Translations under genes and position numbers: made by a program
Notes under the pieces: generated by a model
Seen by the model: the letters and a program-made list of their open reading frames with translations, nothing else
Database searches by the model: none
What the model was told of the DNA's origin: nothing
Part shown: positions 19,491 to 28,402 of the stretch, in pieces
Position numbering within the stretch: position 1 is the first letter of the stretch
How the letters are laid out: each line of letters begins with the position of its first letter
Source of the DNA: an uncultured Anaerolineales bacterium
Lineage (GTDB): Bacteria; Chloroflexota; Anaerolineae; UBA1429
Assembly: GCA_964567975.1 (NCBI GenBank)
Contig: CAZMOW010000002.1
Span: 1,519-65,518, forward strand
Direction of reading: 5' to 3'
DNA: 64,000 bases

Positions 19491-20933
19491 ATGACCGAGA
19501 TCTATGATATAGTCGTGATTGGCGCGGGTTCTGCCGGACTCACTGGTGCTGGTTTTGCCTCCAAGATGGGGGCGCGCGTGGCCCTGGTGGAACGGGATCG
19601 TGTGGGCGGCGATTGCACGTGGTCTGGCTGCGTGCCCAGCAAGACCTTTCTCAAGTCGGCACGGGTGGCGCACCATATGCGCACGGCGGACCGCTTTGGT
19701 ATATCTCCCCGGGTTCCAGAGGTTGATCTGGAAGAGGTGATGGCCCACGTGCACGAGGTAGTCATGGAGACCTATGCGGGAGAGACACCTGAAGCCCTGC
19801 GCGCTGAGGGGATCGACATCTACCTGGAAGAGGCCTGCTTTGTGGGTCCTCACACGCTAACCGTGGGCGAGACCACGCTGGAGGCGCGCAACGTGCTGCT
19901 CTGCACCGGAGCACACCCCTTTATCCCTCCCATTCCCGGCCTGGATGAGCTGGAATACCACACTTATCAGACGATCTGGGATCTTGATACCTTGCCGGAG
20001 CATCTACTGGTCGTGGGAGGGGGACCCATCGGCTGTGAGCTGAGCCAAGGGTTTCGTCATCTCGGTTCCGAGGTGACGGTGGTCGAGAGTGGTTCTCGCG
20101 TACTTCGCCGCGATGAGCCCGAGGCGTCAGAGACCCTGGCGAGTGTATTCCAGGAGGAGGGTATAGAGATCCACTTTGGCGCCCGCGCCGATAAAGTCTG
20201 GCGGGAAGACGGCGAGATTCATCTCTTGGCCGGCGAGGACGAGTGCGTGGGCGACGCGCTGTTAGTGGCTGTTGGGCGGCGGCCCAATGTGGAGGGGATG
20301 AACCTGGAGACGGCCGGCGTGGTCTACAGCTCGCGGGGCATCGAGGTGAACGATCGTCTACAGACCAGCCAGCCCCATATCTATGCCGCCGGTGACTGTA
20401 TAGGCAGTTACCAGTTTACGCACTATGCAGGCTGGCAGGCGGCCATCTCCGTGCGCAACGCTCTTTTACCTGGGAGCAGCAAAGGGCGGCGCGAGTGGGT
20501 CCCCTGGACCACCTTTACACAGCCGGAAGTGGCGCATGCCGGGCTTACCGAAGAGCAGGCGAGGGCCAAGTTCGGCGACAACGTTTCTACTACTGTCCAT
20601 CCCATGACGGAGGTGGATCGGGCCCGCGCCGAGGTGGACACGGAAGGATTCGTAAAGCTGGTGCACAAGGGCAACAGCAAGGTGGTGGGGGTGACCATCC
20701 TGGCCGAGCGTGCCGGGGAATTGATCCAGGAGTGGATGATGGTACTGGAGGGCAAGGCGGGCGTTCGTGACGTTTCCACCATCATTCACGTGTACCCCAG
20801 CTATGCGTGGGCCAACGTTAAAGCGGCTGGCGCGCTTTTGCAAAAGCAGCTCTTTGAGGGCTGGTTGAGCGGTCCTGTCCGTACGGCAAGTCGCTTGGCA
20901 CTAAAGTTCATGCGCTGGCGCCGCGGCTTCTAG
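19491..20933 (+). CDS. FAD-dependent pyridine nucleotide-disulfide oxidoreductase (class I; dihydrolipoamide dehydrogenase/mercuric-reductase-like)
   Basis: Contains GAGSAG (FAD), the redox disulfide GGDCTWSGCVPSK, a second Rossmann fold VVGGGPIGCE, and a C-terminal dimerisation domain. Confidence 0.8.
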   Translation: MTEIYDIVVIGAGSAGLTGAGFASKMGARVALVERDRVGGDCTWSGCVPSKTFLKSARVAHHMRTADRFGISPRVPEVDLEEVMAHVHEVVMETYAGETPEALRAEGIDIYLEEACFVGPHTLTVGETTLEARNVLLCTGAHPFIPPIPGLDELEYHTYQTIWDLDTLPEHLLVVGGGPIGCELSQGFRHLGSEVTVVESGSRVLRRDEPEASETLASVFQEEGIEIHFGARADKVWREDGEIHLLAGEDECVGDALLVAVGRRPNVEGMNLETAGVVYSSRGIEVNDRLQTSQPHIYAAGDCIGSYQFTHYAGWQAAISVRNALLPGSSKGRREWVPWTTFTQPEVAHAGLTEEQARAKFGDNVSTTVHPMTEVDRARAEVDTEGFVKLVHKGNSKVVGVTILAERAGELIQEWMMVLEGKAGVRDVSTIIHVYPSYAWANVKAAGALLQKQLFEGWLSGPVRTASRLALKFMRWRRGF

Positions 20934-21405
20934 AGGGGGTGAGGCAGAGCAGCGGTAACGGTTCGTCTCCAGGATCTTTACAGCCTGTGCGCTCTCGCTT
21001 GAGAATACATCATAGTGTACGTAAAGCTTATCGATGACCCAAGTGTGACTTTTTTAAATTTCTCAGTTCCCCAATGTGCTTATCTTATTCACATTTGTAT
21101 CTAACACTTGGGAGCACGGTCCTCTCCTGATCTCCTCAACCTCTTTTACCCTCCTGCGTACCCAAAAGGGGACCAAGCGCGCCACCGCGCTTGGTCCATC
21201 GCCTTTGCAGTATACTTCTCATTGTGCGTGTGGCGGGCACGGGACGGCCGGACCATAAGCACTCTGGACTGAGGAGGACATTGCATCCCGCCGCAAGAGG
21301 GATGGGGATTGGAACAGCAAAGGATATAGGATCATTTACAGCTACCTGGGGAGAATCAGAGATTTCGATCACGATATCCACCTCTACCTGTTCGCCTCCG
21401 TATGG

Positions 21406-22584
21406 ATGGGGATGGCCGTCATACCTGGCATTCCCGCCGTGGTCCTCAACCTCTACCTGCTGCGTCTGGGATATGGCCCCGAGTTCATCGGCGTGTTCAA
21501 CGGCATGAGCAGTCTGGGATTCGCGCTCTCCTGTCTCCCCGCCGGTGCCCTTGGGGTGCGCCTGGGATCTCGCCGTGCCATGAGCACGGGCCTGATCCTG
21601 ACCATGTTGGGGTACGTCTTTCTTCCCCTAGCGGAGGCACTGCCTCTTTTTCAGGGCGTATGGCTGGTGGCTATGCGGCTGTTTATCGGTTTCGGGATGG
21701 CCCTCTTTTTCGTCAACGCCCGCCCCTTTGTCATGGCCCTGGCCCGGCCGAGTATGCGAGGACACGTCTTTTCCCTGCGATCCGCCGTGCAGCCTCTGGG
21801 GGGTTTTGCAGGAAGCCTGCTGGGCGGATTTCTGCCTGGCCTCTTTGCCCGACTCTATCACACCACCCTCGATCATCCCCTGCCCTATCGTCTATCCCTT
21901 CTCCTTGCACCAGCTTTGCTTTTGCCCGCTTTGTTGGCCATACAACACACGCGGGACGCTTCGCTGGAGAGAGATCGGGAGCCGGAGCGGGGGCAGGTGA
22001 ACGTGGGAAAGCTCCCCTTGGCCACCATCGCCCTGGTGGCCTTTTTCTCCCTGTTCCGCGGCGTGGGCCGCGGATCCGTCGATGCCTTTTTCAACGTCTA
22101 TCTCGATACCACCCTCGACGTGCCCACGGCCACCATCGGCACCATCAACGCGGCGGGTCAGATCGTGGGTATCTTTCTTGCCCTGTTCACCCCCTTTTTC
22201 ATCGCCCGCCTGGGCAATGAGCCGAGTTATCTCCTGGGCTCCCTGACCACGGCTCTGAGCCTGCTGCTCATCGCCCTCGTGCCCCATTGGGCCGTTGCTG
22301 GCCTGGGTGCCGTGGGGGTCAATGCCCTGGCCGCCATCACCATCCCCACCTTTAGCGTCTATCAGATGGAGGCGGTGGGCATCCCCTGGCGCTCCACCAT
22401 GTCCGGATCCACCTCCATGGCCATCGGCATCAGTCGTTCCCTCATCGCCCTGGGCGGCGGATTCATCGTCGCCGCCACAGGCCACCGCACACTTTTTGCC
22501 ATGGGCGCGGGCCTCATGCTGGTGGGCGTTCTTTGTTTCTGGCTCTTTGGCATGGGGCTCGTCCGCGATTCGAGCGAGGAGTGA
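21406..22584 (+). CDS. MFS transporter (12 TM). The N-terminus probably extends upstream (see findings).
   Basis: Hydrophobic helices throughout. The frame is open back to 21259 and encodes an MFS-like motif-1 region (RDF...LYLFASVW) with no canonical start codon. Confidence 0.7.
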   Translation: MGMAVIPGIPAVVLNLYLLRLGYGPEFIGVFNGMSSLGFALSCLPAGALGVRLGSRRAMSTGLILTMLGYVFLPLAEALPLFQGVWLVAMRLFIGFGMALFFVNARPFVMALARPSMRGHVFSLRSAVQPLGGFAGSLLGGFLPGLFARLYHTTLDHPLPYRLSLLLAPALLLPALLAIQHTRDASLERDREPERGQVNVGKLPLATIALVAFFSLFRGVGRGSVDAFFNVYLDTTLDVPTATIGTINAAGQIVGIFLALFTPFFIARLGNEPSYLLGSLTTALSLLLIALVPHWAVAGLGAVGVNALAAITIPTFSVYQMEAVGIPWRSTMSGSTSMAIGISRSLIALGGGFIVAATGHRTLFAMGAGLMLVGVLCFWLFGMGLVRDSSEE

Positions 22585-22807
22585 GGGCGTGAGGGCGATC
22601 ATGGGGCGAACCTTGGTGGAGCAGACACTTTGCCTAACAACTATGTGCAGTTTTGCAGAGCAAAACTGCTAAGGGAAGACGCAGAGCGTCTTCCCCGCTT
22701 GGCGGAGCAGACGCTCCACCCTACGTGACGGCCCCCCCGGCAGCAGTTGTATTCCTTCCCCGATCCATATAAGATGGATGCACGTCTAGTGCAGGGAGAA
22801 GGAGCTT

Positions 22808-24079
22808 ATGCAAATTGAACTGGCCTATGGTCGCCAAGGTCTCAATGTGGAGGTGCCGGACGATGCCACGGTGCTGCAGCCCCGCGAGCAGCCCGGCCTC
22901 GCCAATGAAGAAAAGAGTCTGCGGCACGCCCTGCAGCAGCCCATCGCCTCCCAACCCCTGTGCGAATGTGTTGGCTCCCAGGATCGCGTCGTGGTCGTCT
23001 TCAGCGACATCACCCGCCCCATGCCCAATGACCGCGTCCTTCCCGTCCTGCTGGAAGCGCTGGATCACGTGCCCCGCGAGAATCTCCTGCTCCTGAACGC
23101 CCTGGGGACACATCGTCCTCAGACGCAGGAGGAACTGGTCGAGATGTTGGGGCCCGATATCGCCCGTGGCTATACCATTCTGCAGCACGATGCCTGGGAT
23201 GATGACGAACTGATGGATCTGGGCATGACGTCCTACGACCATCGCGCCCTCATCAACCGTCATTATATGGAGGCCACGTACAGGATACTCACCGGCTTTA
23301 TCGAGCCTCACTTTTTCGCCGGATTCAGCGGCGGTCCCAAGGCCGTGCTGCCGGGTATCGCCGGCTTTGAGTCCATCATGGATAATCACGGCTACGAGAT
23401 GTTAAAGCACCCCCTGGCCACCTGGGGCAAGCTGGAGGGTAACCCCGTGTACGAGGAGACGCGGGAGGTGGCGGCCATGACGGAGCCCGACTTTTTGCTC
23501 AATGTCACCCTCAACCGCCGGCGAGAGATCACGGGCGTCTTTGCCGGCGATGTCTGGAGGGCGCACGCCCGAGGCACCGACTTTGTGGCCCGTAGGGCCA
23601 TGGTCCCCGTGGAGGAGCCCTACGATATCGTCCTCACCACCAACAGTGGCTATCCCCTGGACATCAACCTCTATCAGTCGGTCAAGGGCATGTCCGCTGC
23701 CATGCAGATCGTCAAGCCCGGGGGGAGCATCGTCATCGCCGCCGAATGTCAGGATGGGGTGCCAGAATGGGGCGAGTATGGCGATCTGGTACAGGAGGCG
23801 GGCTCCGTGCAGGGTATCCTCGACATCATCGGTCAGCCGGGCTATCGCCGCCGCGATCAGTGGGAGGCCCAGATCCAGGCCATCGTGCAGCAAAAGGCCG
23901 ATGTTTACGTATATAGCGACGGTCTGTCCGACGAACAGACGCGGCGTATGCTCCTCACCCCCTGCCACGATATCGAGGACATCCTGGCCGACCTGCAGCG
24001 CGAGCACGGTCCGGGGGCGCGATTGTGCGTGCTGCCCGAGGGTCCTCAAACTATTCCGTATCTGGTTGAAGAAACATAG
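22808..24079 (+). CDS. larA: LarA-like nickel-dependent lactate racemase family protein (DUF2088 N-domain)
   Basis: Approximately 420 aa. The N-terminus (ELAYGRQGL, PDDATVLQP) and the conserved His/Lys positions agree with LarA family architecture. Confidence 0.7.
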   Translation: MQIELAYGRQGLNVEVPDDATVLQPREQPGLANEEKSLRHALQQPIASQPLCECVGSQDRVVVVFSDITRPMPNDRVLPVLLEALDHVPRENLLLLNALGTHRPQTQEELVEMLGPDIARGYTILQHDAWDDDELMDLGMTSYDHRALINRHYMEATYRILTGFIEPHFFAGFSGGPKAVLPGIAGFESIMDNHGYEMLKHPLATWGKLEGNPVYEETREVAAMTEPDFLLNVTLNRRREITGVFAGDVWRAHARGTDFVARRAMVPVEEPYDIVLTTNSGYPLDINLYQSVKGMSAAMQIVKPGGSIVIAAECQDGVPEWGEYGDLVQEAGSVQGILDIIGQPGYRRRDQWEAQIQAIVQQKADVYVYSDGLSDEQTRRMLLTPCHDIEDILADLQREHGPGARLCVLPEGPQTIPYLVEET

Positions 24080-24135
24080 AATTGGCGGCGGTTGCCTCAT
24101 GCGGCGCCGTCCTGGACAGACGAGGAGGTTATCAT

Positions 24136-26178
24136 ATGCCCCGCAAAGGATTGCACGTCGTCCCCAGGCCGAAAAGGATCGAATGGAGAGGAGGCACCTT
24201 TACGTTAGATGACGAGACCCAGATCGCCCTGCTGCCCGGCGCGGGCGAGGCGGAGGCCTTTGCCGCCCGCAGCCTCCAGAAGGAGATAGAGGAGGCCACG
24301 GGGCTTGATCTGCCCTTGATCAAGATAAGCCGCCCCGTGCGCGAGGACAATTTTATCCTCCTGACCGCCGACGACGCGGCGGCAGCGGCATATCTGGGGG
24401 AACCCGTCCTCTGGGCCGGGCATGTCGGGGAAGAAGCGGGCGATGGAGAGCAGGTCTACCACGTTCACGTCTCTCCCAAGCGCGTCGTCGCTGGCGGGAA
24501 GGGGACGCTGGCCCTGCACTATGCTGTGCAGACGCTGCGTCAGGTGGTGCGCACGGAACATCTTCGCTGGCCCGCTTTCTACATTCGCGATTGGCCCTCG
24601 CTGGCCTATCGGGGTGTGATGCTGGATATCTCCCGGGGCAAAGTGCCCACCCTGGAGACCTTGAAGTTGATAGTCGATCACCTCAGCCTGTACAAGATAA
24701 ACGTGCTGCAGCTCTATACAGAACACACCTTTGAATCGCCCCACCATCCCCGCATCGGCGAGGATTGCGGCTCTCTGACCAGCGAGGATATCCTGGCCCT
24801 GGACGACTATGCCCACCGACGCCACCTGGAGCTGATGCCCAACCTGCAGTCCTTTGGTCATCGCAGTCACACCTTGAACACGCCGGGGTATACTCACCTC
24901 GCCGAGTCGGACGCGGCCCGCTGGTCCCTGTGTCCGGTGGATGAGGGCACCTACGCCCTGCTGGAGGATCTTTACGACGATCTGTTGCCCGCCTTTCGCT
25001 CCAGGATATTCAACGTGGACTGTGACGAGACGTGGGACCTGGGCAAGGGACGCTCGGCAGAGGCCGTGGCCGAGCGGGGCGTGGGCCGGGTCTACCTGGA
25101 GCATATCCTGCGCCTCCGTGAGTTGGCCGCGCGTCACGGCTGCCGCATCCAACTGTGGGGAGATATCCTCCTCAACCATCCAGAACTGATATCCGAATTG
25201 CCAGAGGACGTCATATTGCTGGACTGGCACTATCAGGCCAGCGACGACTATCCTTCCGTGCGCACCTTTGCCGGGAGCGGGCGCGACTTTTGGGTCTGCC
25301 CGGGGACCTCTTCCTGGAACGCCCTGTTCCCCCGCATCGAGAGTGCCAACGTCAACATTCGCACCCTGGCCCGCCTGGGCGAGCGGAACGGCGCCGAGGG
25401 ATTGCTCAACACCGATTGGGGCGATCACGGCCACTATCAGCCCCTTGGCTTGTCGTGGTACGGCTATGCCTATGGGGCGGAACAGTCGTGGACGGGCGGC
25501 AACACGGGGGATGCCGACTTTGAGGCCCGCTTTGGCCCCCTCTTTTTCGGCCTCGGCGGTTCCTCTGTGGTGGAGGGCATCAGGCGCCTCGCCGCCCTCA
25601 ACACCCTGCCCGGCATGGAGCGCAGGAATGCCAGCAACAGTATCTACGCCCTGCTCGATGAGCCCCTGGTGGGCGAGATGGTGGAGCATATTCCCCCAGA
25701 GACCCTGGAGGAGATCGTGGAGGTCTGTCGGGATACGCAGCTGGAACTTCGTGGTGCTCTATCCGGGAGCCGTGCCCCCCTGACCATCGAGGAGATGATC
25801 TACTCGGCGTACATGATGGCCTATGCCGCCAAAAAAGTTCGTACCTCCCAATCCATCCGGAAGGATCTGGCGGCCCTGGCCCAGGGGGCGGAACAGGCAG
25901 AGGGGCGCCTGTGTGAGGCCATCTCCGCCCTGCGCGATCTGGATGCCGAACTCGTGCAACTGAAGCAGGAGTTTGAGGCCATCTGGCTGCGGCGGGCGCG
26001 CCGGGCCGAGATATCCATCACCCTCGACCACTTGGCCGCGCTTCGGGAGCGCTACGCCCGGGCCCAGGAATGGCTGGAGGAGCGCCTGGAGCAACTGGAG
26101 GCGGGCCAGACGCCGTCCTACGATCTGAGCCTCTACGAGGCGGAGGCCCAGGGATACGAGATTCTGGGACAGTCATAA
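24136..26178 (+). CDS. Glycoside hydrolase family 20 beta-N-acetylhexosaminidase
   Basis: GH20 catalytic TIM-barrel region HDxGxDE...W with N- and C-terminal accessory domains. GAGGAGG RBS is 7 nt before the ATG. Confidence 0.8.
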   Translation: MPRKGLHVVPRPKRIEWRGGTFTLDDETQIALLPGAGEAEAFAARSLQKEIEEATGLDLPLIKISRPVREDNFILLTADDAAAAAYLGEPVLWAGHVGEEAGDGEQVYHVHVSPKRVVAGGKGTLALHYAVQTLRQVVRTEHLRWPAFYIRDWPSLAYRGVMLDISRGKVPTLETLKLIVDHLSLYKINVLQLYTEHTFESPHHPRIGEDCGSLTSEDILALDDYAHRRHLELMPNLQSFGHRSHTLNTPGYTHLAESDAARWSLCPVDEGTYALLEDLYDDLLPAFRSRIFNVDCDETWDLGKGRSAEAVAERGVGRVYLEHILRLRELAARHGCRIQLWGDILLNHPELISELPEDVILLDWHYQASDDYPSVRTFAGSGRDFWVCPGTSSWNALFPRIESANVNIRTLARLGERNGAEGLLNTDWGDHGHYQPLGLSWYGYAYGAEQSWTGGNTGDADFEARFGPLFFGLGGSSVVEGIRRLAALNTLPGMERRNASNSIYALLDEPLVGEMVEHIPPETLEEIVEVCRDTQLELRGALSGSRAPLTIEEMIYSAYMMAYAAKKVRTSQSIRKDLAALAQGAEQAEGRLCEAISALRDLDAELVQLKQEFEAIWLRRARRAEISITLDHLAALRERYARAQEWLEERLEQLEAGQTPSYDLSLYEAEAQGYEILGQS

Positions 26179-26282
26179 AGTTAGAATTGCAGATGGCTAT
26201 TTGATACTTTTGTGTGTCTGCGATGAGATATAGTCACACAAAAGTATCAAAGGTGGTGGTTATTGGCCCGCAATTCTAACTT
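26178..26282. repeat. AT-rich nested inverted repeat (outer 13-bp arms, inner 15-bp arms) between convergent genes
   Basis: Outer arms are aagttagaattgc (26178-26190) and gcaattctaactt (26270-26282). Inner arms are tgatacttttgtgtg (26202-26216) and cacacaaaagtatca (26235-26249). Confidence 0.5.
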
Positions 26283-26327
26283 TTCTGGTGGCGCATGCGC
26301 GAGGCCGGGGTCTCTCTGGATTAAGGA

Positions 26328-27341
26328 TCAGTTCAACGAGAGAAGTCGCTTCAGGTCCTCCTGTATCATGCGCACCTGGCGGGCAGGTAGAGGATGCTCC
26401 TGCTCGTCCTCGCCAGCCAGCCAGCGCCGCAATGTGCTCCTGTGCCGGCGTAGGTGTCGCCGTCCGTCCTGGGTGCGCTCCGCGTATCCCGCCTCCTTCA
26501 GGGATTTATAGAGAAAATATCGCGCCAGAAGCTGTCGCACTTCGTTGCGCAGTCCCATACGCAGCGCCCTGCTGAGCGAGTCGATGGCCCCCTCCGGGTC
26601 CCCTCCCTGGGCCTGCGCCATGCCTAGGGTGAATTGGGCTTGGGGCAGGTGGGGAGCGATCTCTAACGCTCGCTTCAGGGGGGCAATGGCCCCTTTCACT
26701 TCCCCCTTTTTCAGGAGCGTCATGCCCAACTCGGCGTGACCATAATATAAACCGGGGCAGAGATCGATGAGGTGGCGACATGCGTCTACGGCCTTTTCAT
26801 GGTGCCCCCTCTGTCGATGGATGACCGCGCGCAGATGGTAGGTGGGGCAAAAGTCGGGATCCTCCTCTTCCACAGAGCGTAGCAGGGCCAGCGCTTTGCC
26901 GTCCTCTCTCCGTTCGTAGGCCTGCCGGGCCCTGCGAAAATCGAGAGAGGTGGGCTGTACAAGTCCCAGTCCCAGTACCACGGCCCCCAGGCCGCAGAGG
27001 ATGGCCAGGGCGGTGTGGATCCACGGCTGGAGAAAGGAAAGGGGCCAAAAGGAGATGACAAAAGCCAGCAGGAGCAGGGCGATGATGGCTCCCATGCGGC
27101 GTCTGGGGGAGGCCCCGTAGCCCAGGCCCCGCATGGCCCGGCGACGGCGGTACAGGGCCAGCCCGCCGCCGATGAGGGAGACAAAGAGTCCTCCATAGGT
27201 GACGATGCGCAGCCCCGGGCGCCACGCTGCGGGGGCGATGTCCGGACTCATCCAGGCGATGGAGGCGAGCAAAATGCCGCCCATGATCATCAACAGCTCC
27301 CAGGGGATACGTCGCGTGTGGGGGAACCTGTCTCTGTTCAT
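26328..27341 (-). CDS. Membrane protein with 4 TM helices and C-terminal TPR repeats
   Basis: Start MNRDRFPH is preceded by a GGAG RBS. TPR-like helices follow the TM region. Confidence 0.6.
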   Translation of the reverse strand: MNRDRFPHTRRIPWELLMIMGGILLASIAWMSPDIAPAAWRPGLRIVTYGGLFVSLIGGGLALYRRRRAMRGLGYGASPRRRMGAIIALLLLAFVISFWPLSFLQPWIHTALAILCGLGAVVLGLGLVQPTSLDFRRARQAYERREDGKALALLRSVEEEDPDFCPTYHLRAVIHRQRGHHEKAVDACRHLIDLCPGLYYGHAELGMTLLKKGEVKGAIAPLKRALEIAPHLPQAQFTLGMAQAQGGDPEGAIDSLSRALRMGLRNEVRQLLARYFLYKSLKEAGYAERTQDGRRHLRRHRSTLRRWLAGEDEQEHPLPARQVRMIQEDLKRLLSLN

Positions 27342-27393
27342 ATATTTCTCCAAGGGAGCGTGTGGGTCTTTCAAGCTACTGCCACGGCCACTG

Positions 27394-27422
27394 TTGACGG
27401 TATAGAACATTTGTTCTATACT
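27394..27422 (+). promoter_or_regulatory. Sigma70-like promoter (TTGACG-N17-TATACT) overlapped by a 20-bp perfect palindrome operator (tatagaacaTTtgttctata)
   Basis: Hexamers and the palindrome (27401-27420) were read directly from the sequence. They lie 66 bp upstream of the XRE-family gene. Confidence 0.5.
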
Positions 27423-27487
27423 CTTTGTAGAGACGCGGGATTTGGCGGCTCTATTTTTTGCCTTTCCACAGCAGAAGCGAGGCCACG

Positions 27488-27724
27488 ATGCGCGATGACG
27501 AGATAGAAACCCTGATAACCTTCCTTCAGCGCATCCAGGAAGACCAGTACCTCAGCCTCAAGGGCCTGGCCCGCCGCCTGGGCTTTTCCGCCGGACACCT
27601 TTCCATGATATATTCGGGCAAGAGGCGTCCCGGCATGCGTTTCATGCGCGCCGTCTTTGAGCGTTTCCCCGAGATCCGCTCCCACCTCTCGCCCCTCTCC
27701 CCGCCGGAGGAGAGCGACGATTGA
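27488..27724 (+). CDS. XRE-family helix-turn-helix transcriptional regulator (small, 78 aa)
   Basis: LSLKGLARRLGFSAGHLSMIYSGKRRP fits the HTH_XRE consensus. Confidence 0.6.
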   Translation: MRDDEIETLITFLQRIQEDQYLSLKGLARRLGFSAGHLSMIYSGKRRPGMRFMRAVFERFPEIRSHLSPLSPPEESDD

Positions 27725-27772
27725 GGTAAAACTCAAACTTTTAGACTGCTGTCGTGGTGCTCAGCTGCAGCT

Positions 27773-28318
27773 CTAGCTTTCCGCCAGGGCGAGCGTGGCG
27801 GTGACCACGGTGACCTTGAGGGCGTCGGCGAGCACAAAGGGCGCCACGCCCACCTTCCAGGCATTGGCCATCCCTCCCACGAATCCGCTGAGCCAGGCCA
27901 TGCCACAGAGGTAGATGATCGCCAGGGCAGTGATTCCCGCCACCAGGCGCTGCAGCGTGGCATAGGATACCTCTTCCTGGCCGATCCACCCCGCCAGGGC
28001 GGCCGCGGCCGGAAAAGCCAAAAGATAGCCCGCTGTGGGGGAGACAAAGGCCGCCGGTCCTCCCACCCCTGCTGCTGTCAGCGGGGCGCCCCACAGGATG
28101 GCCTGCAGATAAAGGAGTTGTGCCGCAAGTCCCCCGCGCGCTCCAAGCACAAGGCCGCTGGCCACCACCAGCAGGACCTGAAAGGTCAGGGGAACGGGAG
28201 AAAAGGGCAAAAAGACCTTGATCTGGGCGCTCAAAGCGGTTGCCGCGGCGAACAGGAGCACGCCAAGAGCTTTGAGCCAGGTGATCGTGCGGCTGCGCCC
28301 GAGAGTGAGGGAATGCAT
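27773..28318 (-). CDS. bioY: Biotin transporter BioY (ECF S component)
   Basis: Five or six TM helices with FLPFSPVPLTFQVL and GPTGGYLLAF-like signatures. Confidence 0.8.
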   Translation of the reverse strand: MHSLTLGRSRTITWLKALGVLLFAAATALSAQIKVFLPFSPVPLTFQVLLVVASGLVLGARGGLAAQLLYLQAILWGAPLTAAGVGGPAAFVSPTAGYLLAFPAAAALAGWIGQEEVSYATLQRLVAGITALAIIYLCGMAWLSGFVGGMANAWKVGVAPFVLADALKVTVVTATLALAES

Positions 28319-28402
28319 ACCATCCTCCAGATAGAACTATCACTTTATGGAATATGCGCCAACTATAGGGAAAAGATCTGGGGCTGTCAAAAACTGGCCC
28401 GG

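Noticed and set aside
24205-25689. 494-aa minus-strand ORF
   Set aside because: Antisense to the well-supported GH20 hexosaminidase gene. Low-complexity composition.
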